Below are positions 36,296 to 48,388 of a DNA stretch of 64,000 nucleotides, piece by piece; the first letter of the stretch is position 1; the number at the start of each line of letters is the position of its first letter. The notes under the pieces are model-generated. The model did not search any database and was not told the DNA's origin. It saw only the letters and a program-made list of their open reading frames with translations. The position numbers were made by a program, and so were the translations under genes. The stretch spans positions 140,876 through 204,875 of the forward strand of contig WQXN01000001.1 of the NCBI GenBank assembly GCA_009784815.1, written 5' to 3'. This DNA comes from Alphaproteobacteria bacterium. Lineage in GTDB: Bacteria; Pseudomonadota; Alphaproteobacteria; Rs-D84.

Positions 36296-36763
36296 ATGTC
36301 AAGACGCAAAGCAGCTATTCATCGTGAAGTTTTGGAAGATGCGGTTTACGGCAACAAGGTCGTGTCGAAACTTATGAACGCCATAATGGAGGACGGCAAG
36401 AAGGAAGTCGCCGAGAAAATCGTTTACGGCGCTTTGGAAAGGTTGAAAAAGATTCATAAAGACGAGCTGAGGGCTTTGCTTGACGCGATTGATGCCGTGA
36501 AACCGTCCGTCGAAGTCAAAGGTCGCCGCGTCGGTGGCGCCACCTATCAGGTTCCGGTTGAAGTGTCGGGCCTGCGCCAGCAGACTTTGGCTTTGCGTTG
36601 GATTGTCGCCGCGGCGAAAAAACGCGGCGAGCGTTCCATGACCGAGCGCTTGTTCGGAGAGCTTCGCGACATACTTAATGGCAACAGCGCGTCGCTGAAA
36701 AAGAAAATCGATACTCATAAAATGGCGGAGGCTAACAAGGCTTTTGCCCATTTTCGTTGGTAA
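36296..36763 (+). CDS. rpsG: 30S ribosomal protein S7
   Basis: MSRRKAA...[11 protein letters not shown]. Follows rpsL. Confidence 0.95.
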   Translation: MSRRKAAIHREVLEDAVYGNKVVSKLMNAIMEDGKKEVAEKIVYGALERLKKIHKDELRALLDAIDAVKPSVEVKGRRVGGATYQVPVEVSGLRQQTLALRWIVAAAKKRGERSMTERLFGELRDILNGNSASLKKKIDTHKMAEANKAFAHFRW

Positions 36764-36778
36764 TAAAAGGATAAGAAA

Positions 36779-38860
36779 ATGGCCGTCGGTAAATACGTTC
36801 CTCTTAATATGTGCCGCAACATCGGCATCATGGCGCACATCGACGCCGGAAAAACTACGACCAGCGAGCGCATTCTGTTCTTTACCGGAAAGACGTACAA
36901 GGTCGGCGAAGTTCACGACGGCGGAGCCACGATGGACTGGATGGAGCAGGAAAAAGAGCGCGGCATCACCATCACTTCGGCCGCTACGACTTGTTTCTGG
37001 CGCGACCATCGCATCAATCTCATAGACACTCCGGGCCACGTCGATTTCACCATGGAGGTCGAGCGTTCGCTCCGCGTTCTTGACGGCGCGGTCGCGGTGT
37101 TCGAATCTGTTTCCGGCGTTCAGTCCCAGACTATCACCGTATGGCGCCAAGCCAACCGTTATAATGTTCCGCGTATCTGTTTTATCAATAAAATGGACCG
37201 CGTAGGCGGTGACTTCTTCCGTTGCGTTGACATGATCAGAGAACGACTTGGTGCAAACCCGGTCGTTTTAAATTTCCCGATCGGAGCCGAAGACCAGTAC
37301 AAGGGCGTGGTGGATCTGGTGGAAATGAAGGGTTTGATTTGGGAGGGCGACATTGGCGCCGCTCCGACCGTGATCGAAATCCCCGCCGAGCTTAAAGCAA
37401 AGGCTGACGAACTTCGCGCTAAGCTGATCGAAGCCGCGGTCGAGCAGGACGACGCCGCGATGGAGGCTTATATGGAAGGGAAAGAGCCCGATACGCAGAC
37501 TCTTAAAAAGCTTATCCGCAAGGCGACCATCTCGCAGTCGTTTGTTCCTGTTCTTAACGGGTCTTCTTTCAAAAACAAGGGAGTTCAACCGTTGCTTGAT
37601 GCGGTTGTCGATTATCTGCCTTCTCCGACGGATATTGCCGCGGTCAGGGGCGTTAAGATGGATGGCGAAACCGCCGACGAGCGCAAGCCCGATCCGTCCG
37701 AACCGTTTTCGGCCATGGCCTTTAAGATCGCTAACGATCCTTTTGTCGGTTCATTGATGTTCGTGCGCGTATATTCCGGAAAGCTGCAGTCGGGTTCTTA
37801 TGTATATAACTCGACCCGCGACAAGCGCGAGCGCATAGGTCGCATGTTGCTGATGCACGCGAACACCCGCGAAGAAATCAAAGAGGCCGAAGCCGGCGAC
37901 ATCGTGGTTCTGGTCGGTCTTAAGGATACTTTGACCGGCGATACTCTTTGCAGCGAAGACAAGCCGATCATATTGGAAAAAATTCACATTCCGCCTACCG
38001 TCATGGATTTGGCGATCGAACCCAAGACCAAGGCCGACATCGAGAAGATGGCTTTGGGACTGCAGGCTTTGGCCAAGGAAGATCCGTCGTTCCGCGTTTC
38101 GACCGATCAAGAGTCAGGCCAGACCATTCTGTCGGGCGTCGGCGAATTGCATCTTGAAATTATCGTCGATCGTCTTATGCGCGAATTCAAGGTCGAGGCC
38201 AATGTCGGCGAGCCGCAGATTGCTTACCGCGAAACCATTCGCAAGACTATCACGAAAGAATACACTCATAAGAAGCAGTCCGGCGGATCGGGTCAGTATG
38301 CTCAGGTAAAAATTATATTCGAACCTTTGGAAGCCGGAAAGGGCGAGGAGTTTGAAAACAAGGTCGTCGGCGGCGCGATTCCGAAAGAATTCATTCCCGG
38401 TGTCGAAAAGGGTATCAAGATGGCCAAGGCCACTGGTCCCATAATCGGCTATCCGACAATAGATTTCAAAGCAACATTGGTCGATGGAAAATACCACGAA
38501 GTCGACTCGAACGTTCTGTGCTTTGAAATTGCGGCGCGCGCTGCGTTCCGCGAGGCCATGTCCGAAGCTTCGCCAAAGCTTTTGGAGCCGATCATGGCGC
38601 TTACCGTGACTACCCCGGAAGAATATGTCGGCGATATTATCGGCGACTTGAATTCGCGCCGCGGGCAAATTAACGGTATGGAAACCCAGTTCGGCGAACA
38701 GGAAATAAAGTCATATGTTCCAATGGCTTCCCTGTTCGGGTATGTCAAGACTCTGCGCTCGCTTAGCCAGGGAAGGGCGAACCCGTACATGGAGCTTTCG
38801 CACTATGCGGAGGTCCCGGCCAATGTCGTCGAAGAAGTCGTAAAAAAGCACAAAAAGTAA
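36779..38860 (+). CDS. fusA: elongation factor G
   Basis: [20 protein letters not shown] and DTPGHVDF. 693 aa. Confidence 0.95.
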   Translation: MAVGKYVPLNMCRNIGIMAHIDAGKTTTSERILFFTGKTYKVGEVHDGGATMDWMEQEKERGITITSAATTCFWRDHRINLIDTPGHVDFTMEVERSLRVLDGAVAVFESVSGVQSQTITVWRQANRYNVPRICFINKMDRVGGDFFRCVDMIRERLGANPVVLNFPIGAEDQYKGVVDLVEMKGLIWEGDIGAAPTVIEIPAELKAKADELRAKLIEAAVEQDDAAMEAYMEGKEPDTQTLKKLIRKATISQSFVPVLNGSSFKNKGVQPLLDAVVDYLPSPTDIAAVRGVKMDGETADERKPDPSEPFSAMAFKIANDPFVGSLMFVRVYSGKLQSGSYVYNSTRDKRERIGRMLLMHANTREEIKEAEAGDIVVLVGLKDTLTGDTLCSEDKPIILEKIHIPPTVMDLAIEPKTKADIEKMALGLQALAKEDPSFRVSTDQESGQTILSGVGELHLEIIVDRLMREFKVEANVGEPQIAYRETIRKTITKEYTHKKQSGGSGQYAQVKIIFEPLEAGKGEEFENKVVGGAIPKEFIPGVEKGIKMAKATGPIIGYPTIDFKATLVDGKYHEVDSNVLCFEIAARAAFREAMSEASPKLLEPIMALTVTTPEEYVGDIIGDLNSRRGQINGMETQFGEQEIKSYVPMASLFGYVKTLRSLSQGRANPYMELSHYAEVPANVVEEVVKKHKK

Positions 38861-38899
38861 TTATAAACTAAAAACTAACCAGCCAAAGGAGAAACCAAG

Positions 38900-40078
38900 A
38901 TGGCAAAAGAAAAGTATATAAGAACACTGCCTCACGTTAACGTGGGTACTATCGGTCACATTGACCACGGAAAAACAACTCTGACCGCCGCGTTGGTTAC
39001 CAATTATGGTCCGGCCGGCAAATCGGTGAAAGACATCGAAAACGGAGTCGAAGCGAAAGAACGCGGCGTTACAATCTCGGCGGCTCACGTCGAGTATAAC
39101 AGTGCTACGCGCCACTACGCTCACGTCGACTGCCCGGGACACGCCGACTATGTTAAAAACATGATCACCGGCGCCGCCCAGATGGACGGAGCGATATTGG
39201 TCGTCGCCGCAACGGACGGCCCGATGCCCCAAACGCGCGAACACGTTCTGCTTGCCCGCCAGGTCGGTATTCCGAAAATCGTCGTGTTCCTTAACAAGTG
39301 CGATATGGTCAACGATCCGGAACTTTTGGACTTGGTCGAAATGGAAGTTCGCGAACTGCTGACCGCCAACAAGTTCGACGGCGAGAACGCTCCGGTTATC
39401 CGCGGTTCCGCTTTGTCCGCTTTGGAAGGAAAATCCGACGGTCTTGGAAAGGAAGCTTTGGACAATTTGCTGAACGCCCTTGATACTTATATTCCGATTC
39501 CGGAACGCCAGGTCGACAAGCCGTTCTCGATGCCGATCGAAGACGTGTTCTCGATCTCGGGACGCGGCACCGTCGCTACGGGCCGTATCGAAACCGGTAT
39601 AGTAAAAGTCGGCGAGGAAGTCGAAATCGTTGGAATCCGTCCGACTCAGAAGACTGTCATCACCGGCGTCGAAATGTTCCGCAAGCTGCTTGACGAAGGC
39701 CATGCCGGCGATAACGTCGGATTGCTGCTTCGCGGCACCAAAAAGGAAGATATCGAGCGCGGACAGGTTATCTGCAAGCCGGGATCGATCACTCCGCACA
39801 CCGAGTTCGAAGCGGAATGCTATATTCTGACGAAGGAAGAGGGCGGTCGCCACACGGCGTTCTTCTCGAACTATCGTCCGCAGTTCTTCTTCAGCACCAC
39901 CGACGTTACGGGCACCATCAAGCTGCCGGAAGGCAAGGAAATGGTTCTGCCGGGCGACAACCTGAAGTTCACCGTGACGCTGATTCAGCCGATCGCCATG
40001 ACCGAAGGAAGCCGCTTTGCTATCCGCGAAGGCGGACGCACGGTCGGTGCCGGTGTTGTAACTAAAATACTTAAATAA
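38900..40078 (+). CDS. tuf: elongation factor Tu
   Basis: [18 protein letters not shown] and NKCD. 392 aa. Confidence 0.95.
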   Translation: MAKEKYIRTLPHVNVGTIGHIDHGKTTLTAALVTNYGPAGKSVKDIENGVEAKERGVTISAAHVEYNSATRHYAHVDCPGHADYVKNMITGAAQMDGAILVVAATDGPMPQTREHVLLARQVGIPKIVVFLNKCDMVNDPELLDLVEMEVRELLTANKFDGENAPVIRGSALSALEGKSDGLGKEALDNLLNALDTYIPIPERQVDKPFSMPIEDVFSISGRGTVATGRIETGIVKVGEEVEIVGIRPTQKTVITGVEMFRKLLDEGHAGDNVGLLLRGTKKEDIERGQVICKPGSITPHTEFEAECYILTKEEGGRHTAFFSNYRPQFFFSTTDVTGTIKLPEGKEMVLPGDNLKFTVTLIQPIAMTEGSRFAIREGGRTVGAGVVTKILK

Positions 40079-40102
40079 AACGTAAGCCAAGGGAAATAGG
40101 TC

Positions 40103-40411
40103 ATGTTATCTTCGAAAATCCGCATTACGCTGAACGCCTTCGATCACAGGATTTTGGTGTCGTCAGTAGACGAGATCGTAAAGACTGCGAAAAGGACGGG
40201 CGCGGAGTTGGCCGGACCTGTTTCCCTGCCTACGAAAATCAAAAAGTTTACTGTCAACCGTTCGCCTCACATCGATAAAAAATCGCGTGAGCAATTCGAG
40301 ATACGCAACCACAAGCGCGTTATCTACATTGTTAATCCAACCCCTCAGACCGTCGATGCCTTGATGAAGTTGGATTTGGCGTCCGGAGTTGACGTGAAGA
40401 TAAAACTATAA
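40103..40411 (+). CDS. rpsJ: 30S ribosomal protein S10
   Basis: [14 protein letters not shown]...[13 protein letters not shown]. Confidence 0.95.
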   Translation: MLSSKIRITLNAFDHRILVSSVDEIVKTAKRTGAELAGPVSLPTKIKKFTVNRSPHIDKKSREQFEIRNHKRVIYIVNPTPQTVDALMKLDLASGVDVKIKL

Positions 40412-40424
40412 GAAGGCATAAATT

Positions 40425-41228
40425 ATGAAACGATCTGGGCTTATAACAGAAAAAGTGGGAATGACGCGGTTGTTTGATGACAACGGCTCGTCCACTCCGG
40501 TCACGGTCTTGGCCGTAAGGGACTGCACCGTCGTCGGGCAGCGCACCAATGACAAGCACGGCTATGTCGCCGTGCAGGTGGGTATCCGCGAGGCGAAAGA
40601 CAAACATGCCGCGAAGCCTCAGATTGAAGCCGCAAAAAAGCAGGGTGTGAAAGTCTTCCGCAAGATGTCCGAATTCCGCGTCACAGAAGACTGTCTGATA
40701 CCGGTCGGAACGAAAATGTCCGCCGAGCATTTTGTTAAGGGACAGTTTATCGACGCGCAGGGAACTTCCAAGGGAAAAGGATTCCAGGGTGCCATGAAGC
40801 GCCATAACTTTGCGGGACTTGAAGCTTCGCACGGTGTTTTGAAAGCTCACCGTTCGATCGGTGGTACCGGAATGCGCGAATGGCCGGGTCGTGTTTTCAA
40901 AGGCAAGAAGATGGCCGGACATATGGGTGCGGAAACCGTCACGGTTCAGAACTTGAAAGTGTTCGGGCATGATATGGATGACAATCTGATATTCGTCGAA
41001 GGCGCGGTGCCGGGCGCGAACGGGTCCTTCATAATTCTGACCGACGCCATGAAAAAAGATTTGCCGAAAGATCTTCCGGTTCCGACCGTGATGGCCGAGG
41101 TTCCGGTTGCCCCTGCGGCGGCCGAGGAAGCTGCGCCGGTTGTGGAAGAAGTTCCGGCGGCGGAAAAAATTGAAGAGGCCGTGGCTGCGTCGGACGCGCC
41201 GGCGGCAGAAGAAAAGGCAGGCGAGTAA
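40425..41228 (+). CDS. rplC: 50S ribosomal protein L3 (with Ala/Glu/Pro-rich C-terminal tail)
   Basis: GLITEKVGMTRLF and FKGKKMAGHMG. 267 aa. Confidence 0.95.
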   Translation: MKRSGLITEKVGMTRLFDDNGSSTPVTVLAVRDCTVVGQRTNDKHGYVAVQVGIREAKDKHAAKPQIEAAKKQGVKVFRKMSEFRVTEDCLIPVGTKMSAEHFVKGQFIDAQGTSKGKGFQGAMKRHNFAGLEASHGVLKAHRSIGGTGMREWPGRVFKGKKMAGHMGAETVTVQNLKVFGHDMDDNLIFVEGAVPGANGSFIILTDAMKKDLPKDLPVPTVMAEVPVAPAAAEEAAPVVEEVPAAEKIEEAVAASDAPAAEEKAGE

Positions 41229-41854
41229 TGAAACTTGATATTTTAAATTTTGACGGAAAAGCCGTTGGACAGATCGAGCTTAGCGACGCGATCTACGCCG
41301 TTGAGCCGCGCGCGGATATTCTGCATCGCGTGGTGGTTTGGCAGGAAGCCAACGCGCGTTCGGGTAATCATGCGACGAAAACTATATCGGACGTTTCCGG
41401 CACCAAGAAAAAACCTTTCAATCAGAAGAAGGGCGGCCGCGCCCGTCAGGGCTCGCTTAGAAATCCGCACCAGCGCGGAGGAGCCGCTTCTATGACTGCG
41501 CCCAAGACTCATTCCCACGCGATCGACCTTCCGAAAAAGATCCGCGCGCTGGGTTTGAAAATGGCGTTGTCAAGCAAGGCGAAATCAGGAAGTCTGATCG
41601 TTATAGATTCCGAAGTCATGCCCGCCGTAAAATCGGCCGCTTTGGCTAAGTCGTTGAAAAATTTGAAACTTTCAAAGGCTTTGTTTGTCGGCGGTGCGGC
41701 GATTGACGCGAACTTCAAAAAGTCCGCGGCGAACATTAGCAGCATCGACGTTCTGCCGACCATAGGTCTGAACGTTCGCGACATACTTAACCACAATACC
41801 GTGGTTCTGACAAAAGACGCGGTGGCGGGAATAGAAAAAAGGCTGGGGGCGTAA
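41228..41854 (+). CDS. rplD: 50S ribosomal protein L4
   Basis: KKPFNQKKGGRARQGS. Confidence 0.95.
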   Translation: MKLDILNFDGKAVGQIELSDAIYAVEPRADILHRVVVWQEANARSGNHATKTISDVSGTKKKPFNQKKGGRARQGSLRNPHQRGGAASMTAPKTHSHAIDLPKKIRALGLKMALSSKAKSGSLIVIDSEVMPAVKSAALAKSLKNLKLSKALFVGGAAIDANFKKSAANISSIDVLPTIGLNVRDILNHNTVVLTKDAVAGIEKRLGA

Positions 41855-41855
41855 T

Positions 41856-42188
41856 ATGGCGAAAGTCGAAAAGAAAAAAATTGAAAATAAATTGGTGGCG
41901 ACGCCTCGTAGCTTTGACCTTTTGTTAAGGCCCGTCATATCGGAAAAGGCGGCTAAGCTTGCCGATACGAATGCGATCGCTTTCGAAGTGGCGTCCGACG
42001 CCACCAAGCAGGAGATAGCTTTGGCTATAGAGACTCTCTATAAAGTCAAGGTGAGAAAAGTCAACATCGTGAACACCAAAGGAAAGGTTAAAACCTTCAA
42101 GGGGCGCACGGGTGTTAGGAACGCCGTCAAAAAGGCGTACGTAACTTTGGCCGATAATCAAAAAATTGACGTCATGGCCAAAATATAA
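41856..42188 (+). CDS. rplW: 50S ribosomal protein L23
   Basis: LLRPVISEKA...KVRKVNIVNTKGK. Confidence 0.9.
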   Translation: MAKVEKKKIENKLVATPRSFDLLLRPVISEKAAKLADTNAIAFEVASDATKQEIALAIETLYKVKVRKVNIVNTKGKVKTFKGRTGVRNAVKKAYVTLADNQKIDVMAKI

Positions 42189-42200
42189 GGGTAGAAGAAA

Positions 42201-43034
42201 ATGGCATTAAAACATTATAAACCGAACACGCCGGGTACCCGCGGATTGGTTCTTGTCGACAAGTCGGAACTGCACAAAGGCGCGCCGGAAAAGTCTTTGA
42301 CCAAGGGGCTTGTATCCAAGGGCGGCCGCAACAATTACGGTCATGTCACCGTGCCTCATCAGGGCGGCGGACACAAACGCAAATACCGCTTGATAGATTT
42401 CAAGCGCACGAAAAAGAATGTCGAGGCGAAGGTTCTGCGATTGGAATATGATCCGAACCGCACTGCTTTTATCGCTCTTATAGAATACAAGGACGGCGAG
42501 AAGGCTTATATAATTGCGCCGCAGAAACTGGCCGTCGGCGATACTGTGATTTCGTCCGATTCCGCCGACATCAAGCCGGGCAACGCCATGCCTTTGAAGA
42601 ATATGCCGATCGGCACAGTAGTTCACAATGTCGAAGTGAATCCGGGCGCCGGTGCTTCCTTGGCGCGTTCCGCCGGATGCTATGTTCAGCTTATGGGCAA
42701 GGACGGCATCTATGCTCAGATCAAGATGAATTCCGGCGAACTTCGCAAAGTTCTATCCGAATGCTTGGCCACGGTCGGAGTCGTATCGAATCCCGATCAG
42801 CGCAACATAGTTCTTGGCAAGGCCGGACGCGCGCGCTGGCTTGGCATACGTCCCAGCACCCGCGGCGTCGCTATGAACCCTGTCGATCACCCGATGGGCG
42901 GAGGAAACGGAAAGTCCAAGGGTCACGTTCCGGTGTCCAGAACCGGAGTTATCGCGAAGGGATATCGCACACGCAAAAATAAACGCACGCAGCGCATGAT
43001 CATTCGTTCGCGCCATGTTGCGAAAAAGAAATAA
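42201..43034 (+). CDS. rplB: 50S ribosomal protein L2
   Basis: [19 protein letters not shown] and [10 protein letters not shown]. Confidence 0.95.
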   Translation: MALKHYKPNTPGTRGLVLVDKSELHKGAPEKSLTKGLVSKGGRNNYGHVTVPHQGGGHKRKYRLIDFKRTKKNVEAKVLRLEYDPNRTAFIALIEYKDGEKAYIIAPQKLAVGDTVISSDSADIKPGNAMPLKNMPIGTVVHNVEVNPGAGASLARSAGCYVQLMGKDGIYAQIKMNSGELRKVLSECLATVGVVSNPDQRNIVLGKAGRARWLGIRPSTRGVAMNPVDHPMGGGNGKSKGHVPVSRTGVIAKGYRTRKNKRTQRMIIRSRHVAKKK

Positions 43035-43046
43035 TAGGAGCGAAAA

Positions 43047-43331
43047 ATGGCACGTTCAATTTGGAAAGGTCCTTATGTTCATCCCTCGCTTTTGAAAAAA
43101 GTTCAAAAGGCGAACGAGGCGAACGACCGCAAACCGATACAGACTTGGTCTCGCGGCTCGACTATTATTCCGCAGATGGTGGGTCTGACTTTCAACGTTC
43201 ACAACGGGCAGAAATTCATTCCCGTTATGATCGTCGAGGATATGATCGGACACAAGCTTGGTGAATTCGCGCCGACGCGCGTCTTCAAGGGCCACGCGGC
43301 TAACAAAACGGCAAGCGCCGCGAAGAAATAA
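43047..43331 (+). CDS. rpsS: 30S ribosomal protein S19
   Basis: [10 protein letters not shown]...HNGQKFIPV...[11 protein letters not shown]. Confidence 0.95.
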   Translation: MARSIWKGPYVHPSLLKKVQKANEANDRKPIQTWSRGSTIIPQMVGLTFNVHNGQKFIPVMIVEDMIGHKLGEFAPTRVFKGHAANKTASAAKK

Positions 43332-43346
43332 TAAAGGTAAAAAGAA

Positions 43347-43787
43347 ATGGCTAAAAAATACGGTCTTAGCGACAATCAGGTCAGGGTGTTTAACCGCCTT
43401 ATCCGCACAAGCGCGCAAAAGTTGAATCTCATTGCGGCGCAGATACGCGGACTTGGCGCCGGAAAGGCGATCGAAGTTATGACTATGTCCAAAAAACGCG
43501 CCAGCGCGGACGTCAAAAAATCTCTGATGTCCGGAGTCGCAAACGCCGAGGCGAATCACAAAATGTCCGCCGACAGCCTGGTGGTCAAAGAGGTTTGGGT
43601 CGGAAAGGCAATAACAATGAAGAGAATCGTTCCGAAGAAACAGGGGCAGGCTCATCCGATACTTAAAAAGTTTTCAAGCTTGACGATTGTGTTGGAATCC
43701 GCGGAACCTAAAAAGGCCGCCGCAGAAAAGCCGGTGAAAAAAGAAAAAACCGCCGCAAAAAAAGTTGCAAAGAAAGAGGGTAAATAA
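43347..43787 (+). CDS. rplV: 50S ribosomal protein L22 (Lys/Ala-rich C-terminal tail)
   Basis: [16 protein letters not shown] and position in the operon. Confidence 0.9.
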   Translation: MAKKYGLSDNQVRVFNRLIRTSAQKLNLIAAQIRGLGAGKAIEVMTMSKKRASADVKKSLMSGVANAEANHKMSADSLVVKEVWVGKAITMKRIVPKKQGQAHPILKKFSSLTIVLESAEPKKAAAEKPVKKEKTAAKKVAKKEGK

Positions 43788-44506
43788 TGGGTCAGAAAGT
43801 ATCGCCGATAGCGAACCGCCTTATGATTAACAAGACGTCGGACTCGCGGTGGACCGCGTCCAAGAAGGATTACGCCGTATGGCTTTTGGAAGATTATAAA
43901 ATTCGTGCGTTCCTGGAAAAGAAGCTTGAGAAGGCCGGTCTTGCCAAAGTAGTGATCGAACGTTTGGCCAAGAAGGTCGTCATCACTATTCACAGCTCGC
44001 GGCCTGGCGTCATAATCGGAAAGAACGGCGCGGACATCGAAGCGCTTCGCAATGAAATCAGAAGGCTGGTGAAAAACGATTCCATCATAGTGAACATAGT
44101 CGAAGTTCGTAAGGCCGATCTTAACGCAACTTTGGTCGCCAAATCCATCGCCCAGCAAATCGAAGGCCGCGTGTCCTTCAAGCGCGCAATGAAAAAGGCT
44201 ATGCAGAACGCCGAAAAATCAGGCGCGGGCGGAATCAAAATCACCGTGTCCGGCCGCCTTAACGGAGCAGAAATAGCCCGAGACGAATCCATGCGCGAAG
44301 GCCGCATTCCGCTTCACACTCTGCGCGCCGATATAGATTACGCTTCCGTTCAGGCCAAGACCACTTACGGAGTCATAGGCGTCAAAGTTTGGATCTATAC
44401 CGGCGATGTCAAGAACGAGGAAAAGCTTGCCCGAGAAATGTCCGCGCCGAAGGAATTCGCCGCCACCGCCGGAGCGCGCGGCCCGAAGAATAAAGAGGTC
44501 AGATAA
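43787..44506 (+). CDS. rpsC: 30S ribosomal protein S3
   Basis: MGQKVSPI...[17 protein letters not shown]. Confidence 0.95.
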   Translation: MGQKVSPIANRLMINKTSDSRWTASKKDYAVWLLEDYKIRAFLEKKLEKAGLAKVVIERLAKKVVITIHSSRPGVIIGKNGADIEALRNEIRRLVKNDSIIVNIVEVRKADLNATLVAKSIAQQIEGRVSFKRAMKKAMQNAEKSGAGGIKITVSGRLNGAEIARDESMREGRIPLHTLRADIDYASVQAKTTYGVIGVKVWIYTGDVKNEEKLAREMSAPKEFAATAGARGPKNKEVR

Positions 44507-44919
44507 TGTTGATGCCGATCAAGACAAAATTCCGCAAGCAGCACAAGGGGCGCATTCACGGAAACACCAAAGGCGGGTCCGAGCTTGCCTTCGGATCGTT
44601 CGGATTAAAAGCTCAGAGCCCGGAGCGCGTGACCGCGCGCCAGATCGAATCCGCGCGCCGCGCCATATCGCGCCACATGAAGCGAGCCGGCCGAGTTTGG
44701 ATACGCATATTCCCGGACGTTCCCGTTTCCAAAAAACCAGCCGAAGTCCGCATGGGTAAAGGAAAGGGGGCTATAGAATACTGGTGCTGCCGCGTCAAGC
44801 CCGGACGCATCATGTTCGAAATCGACGGAGTGTCCGAAGCGATTGCGAACGAGGCTTTGACTCTGGCCGCCGCCAAGCTGCCGGTCAGGACCAAAATCGT
44901 GGCTCGCCACGCAAACTAA
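44506..44919 (+). CDS. rplP: 50S ribosomal protein L16
   Basis: [16 protein letters not shown]...RMGKGKG. Confidence 0.95.
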   Translation: MLMPIKTKFRKQHKGRIHGNTKGGSELAFGSFGLKAQSPERVTARQIESARRAISRHMKRAGRVWIRIFPDVPVSKKPAEVRMGKGKGAIEYWCCRVKPGRIMFEIDGVSEAIANEALTLAAAKLPVRTKIVARHAN

Positions 44920-44930
44920 TCGAGGATAAG

Positions 44931-45131
44931 ATGCCAGCAAAAAAAGAAAAGACAGAAAATTTGACAGGCGAGGCTTTGAAAAGCCGCTTGGTCGATCTGA
45001 AAAAGGAACAGATGAATCTGCGCTTCCGGAAGACCGCGGGTCAGTTGCAGCAGACGCATCTTGTTCGGAAAACACGCCGTGAAATCGCGCGCACCGCTAC
45101 AAAGATTTCAGCGGCAAAAAAGGGAGCATAA
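44931..45131 (+). CDS. rpmC: 50S ribosomal protein L29
   Basis: 66 aa. [20 protein letters not shown] at 44931 lies inside a longer track ORF. Confidence 0.9.
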   Translation: MPAKKEKTENLTGEALKSRLVDLKKEQMNLRFRKTAGQLQQTHLVRKTRREIARTATKISAAKKGA

Positions 45132-45132
45132 G

Positions 45133-45414
45133 ATGCCGAAAAGAATACTGACCGGAAACGTCATTTCGACCAAAAACGACAAGACTGTCGTAGTGAACGT
45201 CGACCTTAGGTTCCGCCACCCGCTTTACAAAAAATTCGTGAAGCAAAGCAAAAAGTACAAGGCTCATGACGAGACGAACCAGTACAAAGTCGGAGATATA
45301 GTCGAAATTCAGGAAAACCGTCCGATTTCGAAAACGAAAACCTGGGTCGTCAAAGGGCTTGTCGGACGCGCCAAGGACACCACGGTTACGACTGCAGCGG
45401 AAGCCGCCGAATAA
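45133..45414 (+). CDS. rpsQ: 30S ribosomal protein S17
   Basis: [21 protein letters not shown]...HPLYKK. ATG at 45133. Confidence 0.9.
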   Translation: MPKRILTGNVISTKNDKTVVVNVDLRFRHPLYKKFVKQSKKYKAHDETNQYKVGDIVEIQENRPISKTKTWVVKGLVGRAKDTTVTTAAEAAE

Positions 45415-45429
45415 TAAGGAACATAAAAT

Positions 45430-45804
45430 ATGATACAGAATGAAACAATTTTGAATGTTGCGGACAACAGCGGCGCCAGAAAGGCACAGTGCATCAAAGT
45501 CTTGGGCGGATCGCACCGCCGTTATGCCTCGATCGGCGACGTAATAGTCGTCGCGATCAAGGATGCCATACCGCGCGGTAAAGTTCAAAAAGGTACAGTC
45601 CAGCGCGCCCTAATAGTTCGTGTCAAATACGACGTCAAACGGGCCGACGGATCGGTTATACGATTTGACGACAATGCGGTCGTGTTGGTCAATAAGGGAA
45701 ATTTGGAGCCGATCGGAACCCGTATCTTCGGGCCGGTAGCGCGCGAAACAAGAAACAAGCACGATGTGCAGAAGATCATGTCTTTGGCACCGGAAGTCAT
45801 ATAA
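45430..45804 (+). CDS. rplN: 50S ribosomal protein L14
   Basis: [18 protein letters not shown]. Confidence 0.95.
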   Translation: MIQNETILNVADNSGARKAQCIKVLGGSHRRYASIGDVIVVAIKDAIPRGKVQKGTVQRALIVRVKYDVKRADGSVIRFDDNAVVLVNKGNLEPIGTRIFGPVARETRNKHDVQKIMSLAPEVI

Positions 45805-45816
45805 GAGGCGTAAAAA

Positions 45817-46119
45817 ATGAAGATCAAAAAGAACGACGAAGTAATCGTCATATCGGGAAAGTACAAGGGCGTCAAGGGCAAGGTCATAACGGCTATGCCC
45901 AAAGAGTCCCGCGTTGTAGTGTCCGGCGTGAACAAAGTCAAAAAGCACATCAAACCGACCGAACAAAAACCCGGCCGCATCGAGGAGGTCGAACGTTCTA
46001 TCCATGTGTCCAACGTTGCGCTGATCGACCCCAAGGGCGGCAAGCCGACAAAGGTGGGGTACAAGGTCAAGGATGGTAAAAAAGTCCGCGTCGCAAAAAA
46101 ATCCGGTTCGGAAATATAA
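45817..46119 (+). CDS. rplX: 50S ribosomal protein L24
   Basis: [18 protein letters not shown] (KOW motif). Confidence 0.9.
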   Translation: MKIKKNDEVIVISGKYKGVKGKVITAMPKESRVVVSGVNKVKKHIKPTEQKPGRIEEVERSIHVSNVALIDPKGGKPTKVGYKVKDGKKVRVAKKSGSEI

Positions 46120-46135
46120 TTAACGGAGCTAAGAA

Positions 46136-46690
46136 ATGCCAAAAGAAGTAAGTCGATTGAAAAAAATTTATCTGGATAAGATCGTTCCGGAATTGAAAAA
46201 AGAGTTTGGATACGAGAATGATATGGCCGTTCCGCGCCTGACCAAGATCGTTCTTAACATGGGTGTGGGCGCGGCCGCCGCGGACAAGAAAAAGTTGGAC
46301 GCCGCGATCATGGATCTGACCGCTATTTCGGGGCAGAAGCCCGTGACTACCGTCGCGAAAAAATCCATCGCGACTTACCGCCTTAGGCAGGGTCAGCCCA
46401 TCGGTACAAAAGTTACTTTGCGCGGCGCGCGCATGTACGATTTCTTGGACAGACTTGTCACGGTTGCGCTTCCGCGCATCAAGGACTTCCAGGGATTGTC
46501 CAAATCCAAATTCGACGGTCGCGGAAATTATGCTTTCGGAATAAAAGAGCATTTGATATTTCCCGAAATCGATTTTGATAAAATGGATTCTATCCGCGGA
46601 ATGGACATAGTGATCGGCACCACCGCGAAGACAGATGCGGAAGCCTTGCTGCTGCTGACGAAATTCAACCTGCCGCTTGTGCTTAAATAA
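46136..46690 (+). CDS. rplE: 50S ribosomal protein L5
   Basis: [14 protein letters not shown]...NMGVG...RGMDI. Confidence 0.95.
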   Translation: MPKEVSRLKKIYLDKIVPELKKEFGYENDMAVPRLTKIVLNMGVGAAAADKKKLDAAIMDLTAISGQKPVTTVAKKSIATYRLRQGQPIGTKVTLRGARMYDFLDRLVTVALPRIKDFQGLSKSKFDGRGNYAFGIKEHLIFPEIDFDKMDSIRGMDIVIGTTAKTDAEALLLLTKFNLPLVLK

Positions 46691-46705
46691 ACATAAGGAA
46701 AAGAA

Positions 46706-47008
46706 ATGGCTAAAACATCCTTGATGGAAAAACAAAAAAAGATAAAGAAGATGGTCGAGGCGAAGGCAAAGACGCGCAAGACGTTGAAGGCCAAGATGTC
46801 GCTGAAATCGACCCCGGAGGAGCGCATCGAGGCTATGAAAAAGCTGGCAAAGCTTCCGCGCAACTCGGCCGCTTCGCGCGTTCGTAACCGCTGCGCGATC
46901 ACCGGTCGTTCGCGCGGGTTCTCGCGTCAGTTCGGACTGTGCCGCCAGCAGGTAAGGACTTTGGCGTCGGAAGGAAAGCTGCCGGGCGTACGCAAGTCCA
47001 GCTGGTAA
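46706..47008 (+). CDS. rpsN: 30S ribosomal protein S14
   Basis: 100 aa. [13 protein letters not shown]...LPGVRKSSW. Confidence 0.9.
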   Translation: MAKTSLMEKQKKIKKMVEAKAKTRKTLKAKMSLKSTPEERIEAMKKLAKLPRNSAASRVRNRCAITGRSRGFSRQFGLCRQQVRTLASEGKLPGVRKSSW

Positions 47009-47039
47009 TAAACAAAAGATTAAATAAAGAGGCAAAAAT

Positions 47040-47438
47040 ATGTCATTCACACATCCAATCGGCGACATGATAGCACGTATCCGCAACGCCCAGAACGCAG
47101 GAAAGGAGCAGGTGGGCATGCCCGCCAGCAGCTTGCGTCAGAACGTACTTGGCGTCTTAAAGGACGAGGGTTTTATAGAAGGCTTTAAGCTGAAAAAAAT
47201 AACCGACGCGAAATCCGAACTGATCGTCGATCTTAAATACGTTCAGGGCGTTGGCGCCATACAGGAAATACGCATAGTGTCCAAACCCGGACGCCGCGTC
47301 TATTCCAAATCAACCAAACTGCCAAAAGTCTTGAACGGTTTGGGCGTCGTTATCGTGTCCACTCCGAAGGGGATCATGGCCGATTACAAGGCGCGCAAGG
47401 AAAACCTTGGCGGCGAAGTATTGTGCCAGGTGATATAA
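47040..47438 (+). CDS. rpsH: 30S ribosomal protein S8
   Basis: PIGDMIARIRNAQ...GGEVLCQV. Confidence 0.95.
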   Translation: MSFTHPIGDMIARIRNAQNAGKEQVGMPASSLRQNVLGVLKDEGFIEGFKLKKITDAKSELIVDLKYVQGVGAIQEIRIVSKPGRRVYSKSTKLPKVLNGLGVVIVSTPKGIMADYKARKENLGGEVLCQVI

Positions 47439-47460
47439 AAAGAAAAGAAGGTAGATCAAA

Positions 47461-48009
47461 ATGTCAAGAGCAGGAAAATACCCGGTCAACATACCAAGCG
47501 GAACCACCGTTTCCAAGACCGATGCGGCGATCGTAGTGAAAGGGCCGAAGGGAACAAACGAAGTGCCTTTGACGCACAAAAGTTCCGACTTGGTTAACGT
47601 AGAAATAAAAGACAATCAAGTGATCGTTACTCCGAAAGACGCCGAAGACAAGGCCTCGCGCGCAATGTGGGGCGCCATGACTAGGAACATCAAGATCGCC
47701 GTTGAAGGCGCTTCGGTTGGATTTAAAAAAGAAATGGCCATGAAGGGCGTCGGATACAAAGCGCAGGTCAAGGGCAAGGACTTGGTTCTTGTCGCGGGAT
47801 ATTCGCATGACGTAGTTATGCCGCTGCCTGCCGGAATTACTGTCGAAATCGTCGCTCCGACCGAGTTCAATATAGTCGGAATCGACAAGCAGAAAGTCGG
47901 ACAGTTCGCCGATACTGTGCGCCGCGTCAGAAAACCCGAACCATACAAGGGCAAGGGCATATTCTATAAGAACGAAACTCTGCGCCGCAAAGAAGGCAAG
48001 AAGAAATAA
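47461..48009 (+). CDS. rplF: 50S ribosomal protein L6
   Basis: MSRAGKYPV...PEPYKGKGI. Confidence 0.95.
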   Translation: MSRAGKYPVNIPSGTTVSKTDAAIVVKGPKGTNEVPLTHKSSDLVNVEIKDNQVIVTPKDAEDKASRAMWGAMTRNIKIAVEGASVGFKKEMAMKGVGYKAQVKGKDLVLVAGYSHDVVMPLPAGITVEIVAPTEFNIVGIDKQKVGQFADTVRRVRKPEPYKGKGIFYKNETLRRKEGKKK

Positions 48010-48024
48010 TACGAGGACAATAAA

Positions 48025-48378
48025 ATGAAGCTTAAGTTAGACACCTTTACTCGCCGCCTGAAAAGAAACCGCTTTGCGGCGAAAAGCAACAACCACGGCA
48101 AGGTTCGTATTTCGATCCACCGCACGGGACGCCACATATATGTTCAGGCCGTCGATGACGTCAAGGGCCGCACTTTATGTTCGGCTTCCAGCTGCGAGAA
48201 GGGATTCAAGGGCAAGGGCTGGACGGTCGATGGAGCAAAGGCTGTCGGATCGGCTTTCGCTGAACGCGCCAAGAAAATGAAATTGGGCGATGTGTATTTC
48301 GATCGCGGAGCCTACAAGTATCACGGACGAGTCAAGGCTTTGGCCGACGCGTGCCGTGAAGGTGGAATTAAGTTTTAA
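48025..48378 (+). CDS. rplR: 50S ribosomal protein L18
   Basis: RISIHRTGRHIYVQ...FDRGAYKYHGRVKALAD. Confidence 0.95.
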   Translation: MKLKLDTFTRRLKRNRFAAKSNNHGKVRISIHRTGRHIYVQAVDDVKGRTLCSASSCEKGFKGKGWTVDGAKAVGSAFAERAKKMKLGDVYFDRGAYKYHGRVKALADACREGGIKF

Positions 48379-48388
48379 CAAAGGGTAA

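Noticed and set aside
36299-37150. 283-aa minus-strand ORF
   Set aside because: It is antisense to rpsG and the fusA 5' end.
38861-40090. 409-aa ORF on the minus strand
   Set aside because: It lies entirely antisense to tuf, whose product is unmistakable. It is a typical shadow ORF of a gene with strong codon bias, with a low-complexity Arg/Ala/Asp-rich translation and no RBS.
46067-47119. 350-aa minus-strand ORF spanning rplX-rplE-rpsN-rpsH
   Set aside because: It runs antisense across several bona fide ribosomal protein genes and their intergenic spacers. The translation is Arg/Leu/Phe-rich and looks like noise.
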